The notes under the pieces were generated by a model that saw only the letters and a list, made by a program, of their open reading frames with translations, had not been told where the DNA came from and searched no databases. DNA of 57,625 bases, filler included, from Jimgerdemannia flammicorona (taxonomy: Eukaryota): the NCBI GenBank assembly GCA_003990765.1. It is 2 parts of 2 records of this genome, joined end to end, with 100 filler letters (N's around TTAATTAATTAA, not from the genome) between each part and the next. Parts side by side here need not be neighbours in the genome. Positions count along the whole stretch, not along the records: positions 28,867 to 57,625 come from RBNJ01000543.1; 1 more part is not named here. One strand, 5' to 3'. Shown piece after piece: positions 35,584-48,909 of this stretch. A program made the translations under genes and the position numbers. Within the stretch, counting starts at the first letter, position 1. Each line of letters starts with the position of its first letter.

Positions 35584-36774
35584 TTTTTTTTTTTTTTTTT
35601 TTTTTAATGGACTCATGTCCCGCGGATTTTTATTGGAAGGGAACCTAGACTATATAGGCCAAAACCCTCCCCCACCACCCACCAAGCACTGCCACCCCAT
35701 TAACCTAGACTAGTTATTGTCCAGCAGCTCGACTATGCCAGGTGCAGCAGGGCCAATTAGGCCTGCACTTCATTCTGCACACCATGCTCTCCCTACCACC
35801 AGGGGAAACCCAATCATATGCCAATGACTGAAAGCACACATCTGAGAACCCAACGTATATACAAGGCCATGCCCGAGCTGAATAGAATAGCCCCTGCCAC
35901 CCCAAAGAGAATGACAGACAAAGAAAAAACCCTCATCAAAGCACAACATGGTGGGTAGGGCCTGGTTCTCCCAGTTGAGATGAGTAAAGGACTTATATGT
36001 GAGGTGGGAGGAAACCCCCAATACCCCACTACTCAAGCCTGTGGGCCTTGATCACATTGCCATGTCAGCTCCTAGTTCCAGTTGAGTACAGCCAAGATGC
36101 CTGAAATGGGTAGCCTCGGGCCTTCCGACCCCCTCTGATGAGTGGGGCCCAACCCTGCTGACTGCCAAAAGAAGCTGATAGTGACACCTACCACCTAACC
36201 ACACTACACCAATCAAAAGGCCCCACTGAAGCAGCACCTGCCCCAGTCCCAATGACCACCCCCAGCCTAGCACCCTACTGGTTCACCATTATCACCCTTC
36301 CTCCTATCTGTGACGGCCATCTCCCCTCCCATCCTGACAACATCTGATAAGCAGTCACCTATGCCAGAACCGCGCTCACTGGGAAGCTCACCAAAGCCAG
36401 AGAGCCCCACTACAGGCACCGAGGACCTGCAGGTAACCTACACTGAGCACTTGATGCCCAAGGTCAGCCGACTCCCTATGTAGCCTGAGACACACTGAGA
36501 CAATACCTTATTGGCAATGGCAAAAGGAAGAAGGTGCTGCACTAAAATGGGTATACCCCAGATGCAGCCGAAGGCACCAGAATCTGCAAAAAAGTGGAGG
36601 AAGCACTAATTCAACACTGATAAAGGGGCAACTCATCACCATTGCCCTCCTCCCACCATGCCCCTGCAGGCACAGCAAACCAACCTGAGATAGAGGGGGT
36701 AATAATAGGGGAAAGGGGACTCAGAAGGTTGTCTACCAAACCTTGTGACCAGTAAGGTAGTGGAGAAAGGAGCA
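35584..36774 (-). mobile_element. ~1.18-kb non-autonomous poly(A) retroposon (copy B)
   Basis: Poly(T) at ~35585-35605. 17-bp TSD atgat(a/g)tgatcatc(t/c)tc at 35567-35583 and 36775-36791. It interrupts the Gypsy RT at the YIDD motif. Confidence 0.92.
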
Positions 36775-39700
36775 ATGATGTGATCATCCTCAGAAACACT
36801 GCATTGGAACATGTCAACCATATACAACTAGCCCTCAAGAAGCTCAAGGAGCATAGTGTCTACATCAAGCTCAAGAAGTGTAAGTTTGTAGCTCAGATAA
36901 TTACCTATCTAGGACACATCATCAACCAGACTGGAATTCACACAGACTCTATAAAGATTGAGACTGTTATAGCCTACCTAAGACCCAGAACAACCACAGA
37001 AGTCTATGCCTTCCTTGGACTGGCCTCCTACTACAGAAGATTCATCAAAGGATACTCTAATATTATAGCACCTATCTATGAGCTACTGAAGAAGGAGACT
37101 AAATTCAAATGGACCAAGGAATACCAAGAAACCTCCAATGAACTCAAGACTAGGTTGACCCAAGTACCCATTCTCAGAAGACCAGATTGGAACCTAGAGT
37201 TCATTCTGCAGACAGATGCAAGTACTATAGGACTTGGAGCAGTCCTAGCTTAGAAGAAAGATGGATATAAATATCTCATCTCCTATGCAAGCCAAGGTAT
37301 CCATAGAGCAAAACAGAACTATGAGTCATGTAAGCTTAAATGCTTAGCAGTAGTTTGGACAGTAGATAAGTTCTACTACTACCTAGCCAAGAAACACTTC
37401 ACTATTCAAACAGATCATTCTGCTCTTGCCTGACTATTCCACACTCTGAACCCTAAAGGAATATATACCAAATAAATCTACAGACTGCAAGAGTATAACT
37501 ATACTATCAAGTACTACTCAGGAAGAATTAATGCCAATACTGATATACTCTTAAGAATACTCTGAAATACTCCCATTAAGACTATTCAATATGAATAAGG
37601 AGTTATACTGTGGATTAATCAGCTACTATGGGCAGCAGAAGATGTCCAACTACCTTGAACCCTGGACAATCACTATCATCAACCAGACTGGGAAATAGTT
37701 TGAACTAGACAATATCATACTCAGAAAACATAATACCTGAATATAAGAAGTATTAAGTAATGAAGAAAGTATACAAACAAGAATACTTAGGAGGAATCAA
37801 CACATATAATAAGGCAAAAAGAACTATGTGGTGACCCAAGATAGAAGAAGACCTGTGCCAATTTGTCAAAGGATGTGACAAGTACCAAAAACAGAAACAA
37901 GATCAGCAAGACTAGGTATCCAGGTCATCAAAAACTGAGCCTATCTCCTTCCACTACATGGCAATAGATATCATTGAGCCACTACCAGTAATACTATCAG
38001 AAAACTGCTATATTATAGTTATTATAGACCTCTTTACTAAATAGATAGAAGCAGAAGCATTACAAAAAGCCAATATCCTCTCTATAGCCGACTTCATATA
38101 CTGAGAAATCATCTGCTACTACAAGACACCAAAGCAAATCACTACAGACCATGGCACAGAATTTGTCAATGGATTCAACAAGATAATGTATCAGAAATAC
38201 AAGATTCAGCACATCAAGACCACTATGTACCACTCTCAAGGAAATGGACAGACAGAGAGAACCAACAAGATCCTCAAGAATATCCTGACAAAGACCTCAG
38301 ACATATATGAGAATTGGGACAACTCCCTCCCAACTGCCATCTCTGTCCTATAAGACATATGGTCACAGAGTATACACTTTACTCCAAGAGAACTGCTCTT
38401 CAGAGAAGAAGATTCTGATGGAACCTCAGCCATAAATCTAAACCTAACTTGGAGATAGGTTGACTCAGAAATCTGGAGACTATATCAAATCAGGAAGAAG
38501 GCTGAAGATTACATCATCAAGTCACAAGCACTGATAAGAAAGAATGCAAAAAGAATCACAAGACCCTAGAACTTATCCAAATTGGAGAAAAGGTCCTACT
38601 GTATTGAAATATAGTAGAAGCCTCATGGTTGCAAAAACTGGAGTCCAAATGGGAAGGACCCTTCTATGTACAAGATATCAAAAGAACTACCTTCTGGCTT
38701 AGAAAACTCTCAGAGACCATACTGCCTACCATAGTATACAGGAACAGACTCAAGAAGTACCATGAACCTATATAAGAGAAGTAAAATATAATGACCACCC
38801 ATGAGGTTCTAGTCTGTGAATTATAACAGCATGTCTCATGACTAGCAGGTAATCTGTCTGGATCATTCTCTAAGGGATATGGTATCAGCAACTACTCATC
38901 TATGAAACTTTCAAAGCCAGAGGAGTTTGAACTGTCAACTGATTGATCAAGATCAGAATCAGGCCCTTGCTCTATATGAAGAGAGCAACTCTTCACCATC
39001 ATGTCAAAATACATAGAGAAGATACTAGCCCATAAATACCACTTTTTGACCCCCTGCCAGAGGTTATGGGATCAGCAAATTTTTCAGAACTAGACCAATA
39101 AATAAGGACATTCAAGAAGATTCTTATTCAGGAGGAAGATGTAACAGTGACTTCAGAATGATGATATCAGCACAAGAGACAGCTCTTTCTTACAAGCCAC
39201 TAGATCAGAGCATAAGAAGATTATACAGTATAACTCACTCAGGCTACAAGATGAGTAATGGTAATCAACTGTGAGTCATTGGGACCATAATACAAACATC
39301 TTGAGGAATATAAAAGAAGAATCAAGGAACTGCAGTAGCAGCAACTCAACAAGACCTACTAATTCCAAATTAGCTCAAAGACTTATCATAAATGAAATGC
39401 CTGCTGTCTACCAAATCTCAAGATCAAGAAACTACCAAGATCTCTCAGTCTAGGAAAGGATGTTCCAAGATATCTGAAGAGCCATAAGAATCCACACCAC
39501 AAGGACTCCTAATGTCAACCTGAGTACTGGTGACCCTTATCATTATATCCTCTACTGCCACAAGATGGAAACAAGAATCACCATACTACTAAATGCCTCC
39601 AGGTATAGCAAGAATACAAAATAGGAAACCTCCCCTACTAGAAATTCCTTCAAGCCAGTCCTCAAGAGCTATAAGATACCACTCTCATAGATATATGTAA

Positions 39701-40015
39701 AATAAGGACAGCCAAGAAGATTCATCAGATCTTCAGGCATACATCATGGTTAATCTCTAACTTGGAGTATACTAGAGTCTCAGACTTCAGGGATCTGTCA
39801 GCCTGTTATATTAATATACTAAAAGCTATAGTAGCTACAGAGGTCCAGTCCACTATCACTCTCAATAGTGATGAGATAGAAGAGTTCTGATATCCCATCC
39901 TCCAGGACAACTCAGATCAGTTCCTGCAAGGATTGATCTCAACATTCTAAGGCCCCAGCATCCAGGTTAGATCTCTCCAAGACCCCACATTTGTCTCTTA
40001 TTTTGTGGAAGAGAA

Positions 40016-40689
40016 TGTCATAGATTGGAGAGCCCCCACCACTGTTGAATATGATGATATCATTGGCAATGACATCATCCCATATGACTTATGTGATGAG
40101 ACAAATGAAACATTTGTAGATCTCATCTCCTTCAGTGATAACAAGGATGAAACCCCCATAGTCCTGAACATTCTGCTTTAAAGTTCTTAGTGACACTAAA
40201 TTCTGCTAGCATCCTTTTCCTATATAATAGTTAATCCTTTCACTGTCATTCTGATCTTGTGTGACTTCAAATTCTTTCATCATCCTTTTTCTGTACTACT
40301 GAATTCTACCAGTATACTGAATATATACAACCATCTGTACCAATACTGGAGTCTATACCAACAACTGTAGTTTTCTGTATTCTAGTATTTTATTTAGTTA
40401 TTGGAATTTATATTTAGCTTTATATCTTAGCAACTATTGAATTATATTTTATATAAATACCCCTCTTATTTCCTTTGAAATAAAGTCAGTTTCAGTTCAC
40501 ATATACACAATTCCTGGCAAGCAATTTAAGAGATAACAAGACAGTTTAAAGATAAGAAGTTTGAGGACTATAAGACCTTGGAAAGGTACTCCAATAAGAA
40601 CTTGCTTATAACAAACTTGAGTTAGTCTAAGATATACACTTTGAAGAGAATATGATATATTTGAAGGACTCACCGACCACTATGTGATA
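40016..40689 (+). repeat. Probable 3' LTR of the Gypsy element
   Basis: A purine tract (ggaagagaa) directly precedes tgtcata at 40016, and the region ends tgtgata, read as eroded TGTCACA...TGTGACA inverted ends. TATA-like tatataaata at ~40451 and AATAAA at ~40479. A different element resumes right after. Confidence 0.65.
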
Positions 40690-41643
40690 GTATAAGGCTG
40701 GCCCAGAGACTAGTAGAGAATTAGATGATCCTATTGTCTGAGAGTTCCCAAAATATATTCCTTCTTAAATATCTTTAAGTAATGGGGTATTCTATAAGAT
40801 TTCTGTCAGATGGATATTGTATTTTCTGTATTTATACTATAGTAATATAATAGATTATGTAGCAGATTGCCATAGTCTATGATAAAGATATTCTGATATT
40901 TATGAAGGAGTTCTATGAGTTGCTGCTGTTATTAAAGGGTCAATTCTTCTCCAATATTAGTGGAAGGCTTTACTTTCTCCTGGATTACAGAAAGGCCTTT
41001 TTTTTCTTCTGAGATCTTCTACTATTTTCTGATAGATTTAGTTAATAAACTTCTCTATATATCTAATTAAAGTAGAGTACTAGATGACTTATGATGGTTT
41101 CTTTCAGTAGAATGAGGTTTCTCCAGCCTTGATTGGTTGCTCAAGAGTGCATAGGGTTTATCTTATCAGAAAATATAGTTCTTCTATATCCAGATTTTTG
41201 ATATCCTTACTAGATTTAAAGAAGAGATTTCTAGAATCAGGTGGAGCAAAGATTTCAAAGATGGTCTGCCCTCCTAGTTCTAGGATAAAGTTCTTATATA
41301 GTTTGACTGATTAGCAGTATACTTACAAAGAAGTATCTCTCTTAAAGTAGTTGACCTGGAGGGGATGTACTTCTTTTTTATCTAAACTTCTAAATTCTTT
41401 AGTTTGTCTTGTACTTTGAGTCAGTTTAGGGACCTCTTGTAGTTGGGGAGTCTTGACCTTCATGAAGATTGCTTGAATAATCTTTTGTCCTTTATAGATT
41501 CAGATTTATTCTATACTGCCATTTTTCAAAATAACCTTAATTTTGTCTATATATCTAGAGTCTATTATTTCTCCTTCTATAGTTATTCCTTATTAGCAAG
41601 TCTAGATATTGAGATTAATTAAATGTAAGTTTCTTTGGATAAC

Positions 41644-41680
<37 letters not shown>

Positions 41681-44600
41681 GTTTTTTTAATGGACTCAAT
41701 GTCCCATGGATTTTTATTAGAAGGGAACCTAGACTATATAGGCCAAAACCCTCCCCCACCACCCATCAAGCACTGTCCCTCCATTAATCTAGACTAGCTA
41801 TTGTCCAGCAGCTCAACCATATCAGGCACAGTAGGGTCAATATTGGCCCACACCTCATTCTGTATACCATGCTCTCCCTACCACCAGGGAAAACCCAGCC
41901 ATATGCCAATGACTGAAAGCACATGCCCGAGAACCCAATATATATACAAGGCCACACCCAAGGCAAATAGACTAGCCCCTGCTACCCCAAAGAGAATGAT
42001 AGGTAAAGAAAAAACCCTCATCAAAGTACAATATAGTGGATAGGGCCTGGTTCTCCCAGTTGAGGTAAGTAAAGGACTTACATATGAGGTGGGAGGAGAC
42101 CCCCAATACCCCACTACTCAAGCCTATAAGCCTTGATCACATTGCCATGTTAGCTCCCAGTTCTAGTTAAGTATAGCCAAGATATCTGAAATGGGTAGCC
42201 TTGGGCCCCCCAACCCCCCCTGATGACTGGGGTCCAATCTGCCAAATTACCAAAAGAAGCTAAGAGTGACACCTACTATCTAACTATGCTGTACCAATCA
42301 AAAGGCCCCACCGAAGCAGTACTCACTCCAGCCCCAATAACTGCCCCCAGTCTGGCACTCTACTGGTTCACCATTATTGCCCTTCTTCCTATCTGTGATG
42401 GCCATCTCCCCTCCCATCCCAACAATACCTGAAAAGCAGTTACCTATACCAGAACTGTGCTCACTGGGAAGCTTGCCAAAGCCAGAGAGCCCCACCACAG
42501 GTACTGAGGACCTGCAGGTAACTTATACTGAGCACTTGATGCCCAAGGTCGGCTGACTCCCTATGTAGTCTGAGATATATCAAGACAGTACCTTGTTGGC
42601 AATAGCAAAAGGAAGAAAGTACTGCACCAAAACAGATATACTCCAGATATAGCCGAAGGTACCAGAAACTGCGAAAAAGTAGAGAAAACATCAATCTGAC
42701 ACTAATAAAGGGGCAACTCATCACCATTGTCTCCCTCCCACTGCTCTACAACAGATACAGCAAACCAACCCAAGGTAGAGGGGATAATAATTGTAGAAAG
42801 TGAACTCAGAAGGTTGCCTACCAAACCATTGTGATCAGTAAGGTAGTAGAGAAAGAGGCAGGGAGAGAAGTTAGATAACTATATAGCTAGTCCTGTGCTA
42901 AGTACTATTGTTCTTCCAGACTTGATAGATTTATCTCTAAGACTATAAAAATAAATATCCTATATCTTCTTGGTAAGCTTTTATTAGAAGTTTGTTCTTG
43001 GGATTTAGCAAGACCTACTGATCAATATCTTCACTGAGTTTGGATTGTTCTTGGGCTGAGACTCTAGTAGAATTAAGTCTCTAAACTCTAAGATTAAATA
43101 TAACTATCTGACTTCAGTAGAATCTCAGAGATAATTAATTCCTCTTTTTTCTATAGAATCTAGGACTTCTATAATGTTGATGGAATCTTCTATCTATCCT
43201 TAATGAGTTTTATATCTGATGAGGACTAGAATGTTATTTTCTAGATTATAGATCTTGAGAGCCTTCTTCTTTGACTTCTTAATCTGGTGTTTTTTTTTTA
43301 AATTTGAGCTCTATTACATATCTTCTCTTTTTAGTATATATATGATAATATCTTGGCTAAAATAAATCTTCTAATGTAGACAGTCTTGGCAATCTGGGTA
43401 TTTTCCATAATTATAATATCTCATTGCTCAAAAATATAGTTCTCTTTTATTGACTTCTTATTATCTTGGGAATTAGTATCTATTCTTATTATAAGTTAGA
43501 GAAATAGTAGCTAAGGGCTGTATCTCTATTTTAGTAAAGTGACCTTATCTATTAGTTTGTCTTTTCAATATTATAGTGATTTCTTAAAAGGTGGTTATCT
43601 ATATAATTATGATTAGAGATCTCATCTACAGTATCTCTATCTTTTTTACTGATTGAATAAGTAGCACTAATAGTAGTAGTCTTGGAGAGAGCAGACAACC
43701 TTTTGATACTAGTATCTTCTTAGTCAAAAGGCTCTTTTCTGATATATTTCTCATCTTGAGATAATAGTAACTATACTTGATCCTTTTTCAGTATTCTAGA
43801 GATCATCATCTTCTGATGATATTTAGTAAGAATTATTCTAGGAGATGAGCTCAGAGAGTTCCTCCTGTTTAGGAACTTTCTATTCAGAGGTTTCTTCATT
43901 AGATATTTCTTGATTACAGATTTTTTATTCTTTTGCAGTTTTAGTTATAGATATTTTTGAAGAGTAGTTGTATTTCTTCTTTCTTTTTCTATATTTAAGA
44001 TAGGCTATATTAGACAAATTTCTTATTCTAATGATCTTAGAGAAATAGTCAGAGTATTATATCTTTTGAAATAGGTAAAATATCCTCTGACTTATCCTAT
44101 GATAGCTCTAATTATAATGGAGATAGTATTTTTAGCCTATATATTATCTTCTGGCCTGTCATCTACTAAGTTAATTTATGAATTGATTCTGAGATCATTT
44201 CCATCTTCAGATTCTTCTTCTTCATTTATAGTGATTCTTTACTACTAACATACTCTTCCTAGATAGTGATTTTCTTCTTCTTTTTCAATTACTCATAGCT
44301 GATAATTTTAATTTTGTACTTTTTTTCTCTATAGTCAAATTTGAGTACCTATTGGCCAATATCAATAACTGTATTCATTTCTATCATCTAGTTAGGGCCA
44401 AAGATCATATCATAGATAATAGCTTCAGTAATAATGTTTTTAGAATAGAGAACTAAATATATCTAAGAGAGATAATGATATTTTATACTTCTCTAAGGAG
44501 TTAAGTTTAGGCTCTATCTGTTACTATAATGCTAAGGTTGGATGTTTCATCAATAGGCCACTGAAGGGTATTTAGTAATTATTTGGTAATAATACAGATA

Positions 44601-44800
44601 GCTGCTCTCACATTAATGAGGATTTTCATCTTTTGTTCTTAATATTTCTATATAAGTATATGCTGACATATCTTCTGTAGTCTAGATAGTAGTTGGTGCT
44701 GATTCTTATTATGGGATTAGTACTCAGCTGGTACTAAATCTAATAGTTTTCAATAGTTTGTTTCAAACTTAGTAGGTATCAGTTATAGAAACTATAAGAG
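40690..44800 (-). mobile_element. Second, older dUTPase-bearing Ty3/Gypsy element (heavily eroded)
   Basis: Minus strand shows a protease-like KILINVRAAICII (~44600) and dUTPase remnants (VLSTGLAI at ~42890; GITIEGEIID at ~41570). The pre-RT segment NIGEELT..QQQLIELLHKYQNIF and STSLWAS (~40700) are cut by the LTR above. Confidence 0.7.
41650..42870 (-). mobile_element. ~1.18-kb non-autonomous poly(A) retroposon (copy C)
   Basis: Poly(T) at ~41666-41688. TSD tt(g/a)gataactatata at 41635-41649 and 42871-42885, the left copy followed by a (TA)n expansion. It sits inside the dUTPase of the second Gypsy. Confidence 0.88.
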
Positions 44801-47800
44801 TTTTACTATACTAACTTGTATAAATAACTCAGATAGTTAAATAAGAGTACAAATTTTTCTAGCTAGTATATTATATCAGAATTTGAAATTGATATTTCTA
44901 ATAGAAATAGCTAAATATTACTAAAAATAGCAATTTATAATTAGCTATATAGTAACTAGCAGGTAATTATAACTATATAATATACTTCAGAGATTTGAGT
45001 AAATAAATCTCAGTCTAAAAATTGAAGCAAAAGTCAATTGTCTAGTATACTTAAAAGAAGAAACCTATCAATGAATTATTATCACAAAGTTGTAAGCTTA
45101 CTTTCTACTTTGGTTTACTTTCTAATAAAAAGTCTTTACTGTCAAGTTTAAGTAAAGAACTCTGTTACTATTTTTAAGTAACTCAATACTTAAGAAAAAC
45201 TATTATTTTCAAGAAATCTATCTGTACATATAAAGCCAGTTTAGAATAAGTCATATCTTTATAGTGAATTATTTAGTTTATATAAATAAAGCAGTTTTTG
45301 ATATAACTTTACTCAAGAGAAGTCTGCTATTTTTGAGAAGCCTGCTAATTTAGAAAAAATCTATTTTATCTAAGTTATCTATTTCAAAAAATTCATTAAT
45401 TTGATTTGGTTTTAGCTATTGAAAATACCAAAAATTACTAACTTTATACAAATAAGAGAATCTTATAGAATCCAGATTATTTTTATTACTAAACACTAAC
45501 CAGAATATCAAAACTATTGAACATTTTATTACTTTTGACAAAGTAACTAAAAGTTCAAGCTAATCTATATAATAGTTCCAATTTTATAATTTACTTTTAT
45601 TGAGCTGATATTTTATAGTATTTTAATATATAAGGATATTTTGTTACACTAATTGGGTTAATAGTTAATTATAGCCTTAATAGTAAGTCTTCAGATTTCT
45701 CACTGATATATTATTATAAGAACAAAATAGATTTATATAAAATATAATATTTTAATATTAGTAATTTTTAAGAAATAAGATAGTTTTCTCTTAAGATTAA
45801 TCTGAATTTTGAAATCTCAGATTTTAACATTTTAAAGCTCTTGAATATTTTATTTTATTTGCTAATAATCTAATTATTTTAACTTCTATAAAAATTATAT
45901 TTTAATAATATATTATTATAAATAAAATAAAAATAATTAACTTTATAATAATTATAATTATTAAATAGTAAATATAGTAGAATATCTATATCAATAATAT
46001 ATAATATTTCTCTAAAGTATAAATTTAAACTAGTATTTTTCTAAAAATTCATAATATTAAAGTGATTGTATTATTGAAAATAAGATAATAGAGGAAGACT
46101 TGACAATATTGTTATTATAAATCAATTTGACAGTTAGTGTTATTTTTAAAGTTACTGAAATTAAAATTTAGAAAGATATCAATTCAATTTCAAAGACAAT
46201 AGTACTGAATACTATATTGGTTTGATTAATGATAATTATATACTACTTGTTCTAACTTATATTTATTCTCAGTTTACTTTACTTTAATTTTTTTCTGAAA
46301 TATAGACTAGTATAATAACTTTATTAACAGAGATATGAATTCCTATTAATATTTTATTATTACTAAATTCTTATTGATAGAGACTCATTAAAAGGCCATT
46401 TTGTATATACTGAAATCTTATTAGCAAAGACTCAATAAATAAGAGAGCTCATCATAGAGAATTATTAATAGAGACCAAATTTCGGAACCTTTTTAATAAT
46501 AATAATAATAAATAAAGTTTCCCAAATGATCTTTCATCAATGAGGATTCAGCTAAAATATATCTCTATTATAAGTGAGCAATGAGTCTTACAAAGTAAAG
46601 CCAACTTCTATTTGGCACAGATATATAATTATAATTATAGTTAAGGTATATATATTTCAAGTTTCTTCAGTCTTTCTATTTGTACCTTTTGAAGCTACGG
46701 AACATTTCCCCTTATTTCTCAGTATTGAAAAGCTTAATTTTCTAAATATTTAGTGTACTGAAATACCGCAATTCATGTGGTTCTAATGAGCCCAAGATCA
46801 TCCGATTTGGATGATAGGATGCTGAGATATATAAAGCATTGGTAATTCGAAGTTCATGACCAAAATTTGTGACCGACCTTAGTGTGGGCGATATATGACG
46901 TGTCACAGGGTGTCACTAATATCACTTCGGCAAGTCTCCATCTGAGAGCGTGGTCGGTGAGAAGCATAAATTGTCGAAGTGGTGTTATTGCATACCAATT
47001 ATGTTCTGGGTGCGAATCCATCGTTCGGCCGGAGCGGTAGTGGTGGACCCTATGGCTTTTGATGTCAACTCAGCAGCTCAGCAAGGTAGTTTTTACCTGA
47101 TTATTTTTAATATTCAAGAATCGTAATACGCAAAGTAGAATAGACACGGCGCAACTCTCCATGCACTGATTTTGTCAGGGTTGGAGCATGAGTTTGCAAT
47201 AACCAGAACCAAATGGTATAAATTTCCTCCAATACCTGATCCTTAGATAACACCACTTATCCCACGCGACTCCCAGGAACACCAACCAATCCAGTTCGTT
47301 CACTGCTTAGAAAAATATTGCCGCCGACTCCTTCCCTAAATCAAACACCACTTGTACACTAAATTACTCAGACATGGACCCTTTTGCTAATTATCAGATC
47401 TGCCGATGAGGGCCTTCAGGCATTAGTACAGTACTCTGCCAGCCAAGAGTCACAGGTGCATGAAAGCTTTGAGCTTTGTGACACATCTGACCAAAGAGAC
47501 CGCCACCAGCTTCGGACTGGCCTTTTTGTAACACCCATCTTAGATAGTCTTCTTTCTGACTCCATCACCGAGGTCGGCCAACTTATAAAGCATCATTTTA
47601 CTTTAGATAAGTGACAAGTCGACTTTAGGTCAAAGCTGACGGCTGCAACAATTACCAATTCCGCTGGTTTATTTGTATATATACATATTAGGAAGCGAAT
47701 GAGCGAATCATATTAGTTATAAAAGGTCTCCAGCAATTCGTACTTAATAAAGGGCAGTCATTAATATAAAAGAACTGGATATGTCATAACGCCTCTGCTA

Positions 47801-48301
47801 GGCAATTCTGTATATAAAGCGTTGTAAGGGAACTGTCGAGCCCCTGCTAGGATTCCTTAATTCACAAGGTTCCTTGATTGCACACACTTCTTGCCAGAAT
47901 CCTCTTAAATCTGCCTTTGTTATTACAAATAACCCTCTATTTATACAACATTTTGCTAATTAATACTGTAATCCACATAAAGGCGCCACGTAATCCTATG
48001 GAAGGGCCTCGAGGAAGGTAATAATAGAACTGTACAGCTTGCATAGAATTGCGTGAGTCTTCAACCAAACACATGCCTGTTTTATCACCGCTTGTACCAT
48101 AGCCGAATATCCATCACATATGAACGTGTTGCAAGTTGATTTGCAACAAACCCGAAGAGGTGATTGTCTCAAAAACAGCACAACACAAGCTTCGGCTTTC
48201 ACCGGAGCATTACAGCGTCACACGTGCGCATAAAAACCTTCGAGGGAGGGGAAACCGCGATATACCACCACAGTACTGGAACAAACAAACTTGGTCGGGA
48301 G

Positions 48302-48335
<34 letters not shown>

Positions 48336-48602
48336 ACCGTAGAATTGCCCAATGTTGGTGGATGCGATATGTGCGTTTTTCTATATTCCCAGTCATTTCC
48401 GTGCACTGTGGACAATTACAACGATATCGTGGGGTTGTGACTTGATGTATTAAGGCGAGAGTTTCCCCGCATACGCTTTGGATGTAACTACTGTCTGTTT
48501 CAGGTTTCAAGGCATTTTGCACCTCGCCCATATTCTTTGACATATACTGACTCGACCAATCACGCTCTTCCAACTATCCAACCGTTAAATATGCCCATTT
48601 TC

Positions 48603-48661
<59 letters not shown>

Positions 48662-48909
48662 CAACAACCAGTCGTCAGTCCCTTCCCTTGTTTCCTCTCC
48701 CAGTTTCCACTTTTTGTCCTCTCCTGCAAACTCTCCTACCCAAAGGGCACTCTCTGCGGATGTCTGTGGCACTACATAATATATATTATTATGATAGTCT
48801 AAAAAGAGTAATGACTGGTAAGTTAAGAATAAATAAATTAGTGTTCTATACGAACAGTTGGCGAACCGTATGGTGGGGTGAGGATCTTCCCTTCCTCATC
48901 AATTCCGAA

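Larger units (their letters stand above)
32218..40689 (+). mobile_element. Degenerate Ty3/Gypsy LTR retrotransposon with dUTPase (gag-PR-dUTPase-RT-RH-IN); 5' LTR not seen
   Basis: gag-like PTFNG..ILTFIEDFEQFA (~32370). Eroded protease (DAIINNGA, ~33780). dUTPase (34455-34865). RT: SLWASPII, LDLFSGFYQI, MPFGMCN, YIDD, LKKCKF, YLGH. RNase H: FILQTDASTIGLGAVL. Integrase: TTDHGTEF, YHSQGNGQTERTN, KWEGPF. Confidence 0.92.

Noticed and set aside
36130..36180. CTGATGAG in the 1.18-kb element as a hammerhead ribozyme core (retrozyme idea)
   Set aside because: There is no properly placed stem II plus GAAA, other copies read ctgacgac or ctgatgac, and it lies on the strand opposite the poly(A) transcript.
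48199..48660. Poly(T)/poly(A) tracts and a minus-strand CNCPQC..KRTYRIH peptide as another retroposon or transposase
   Set aside because: No TSD or second copy was found, and the peptide is too short to assign.
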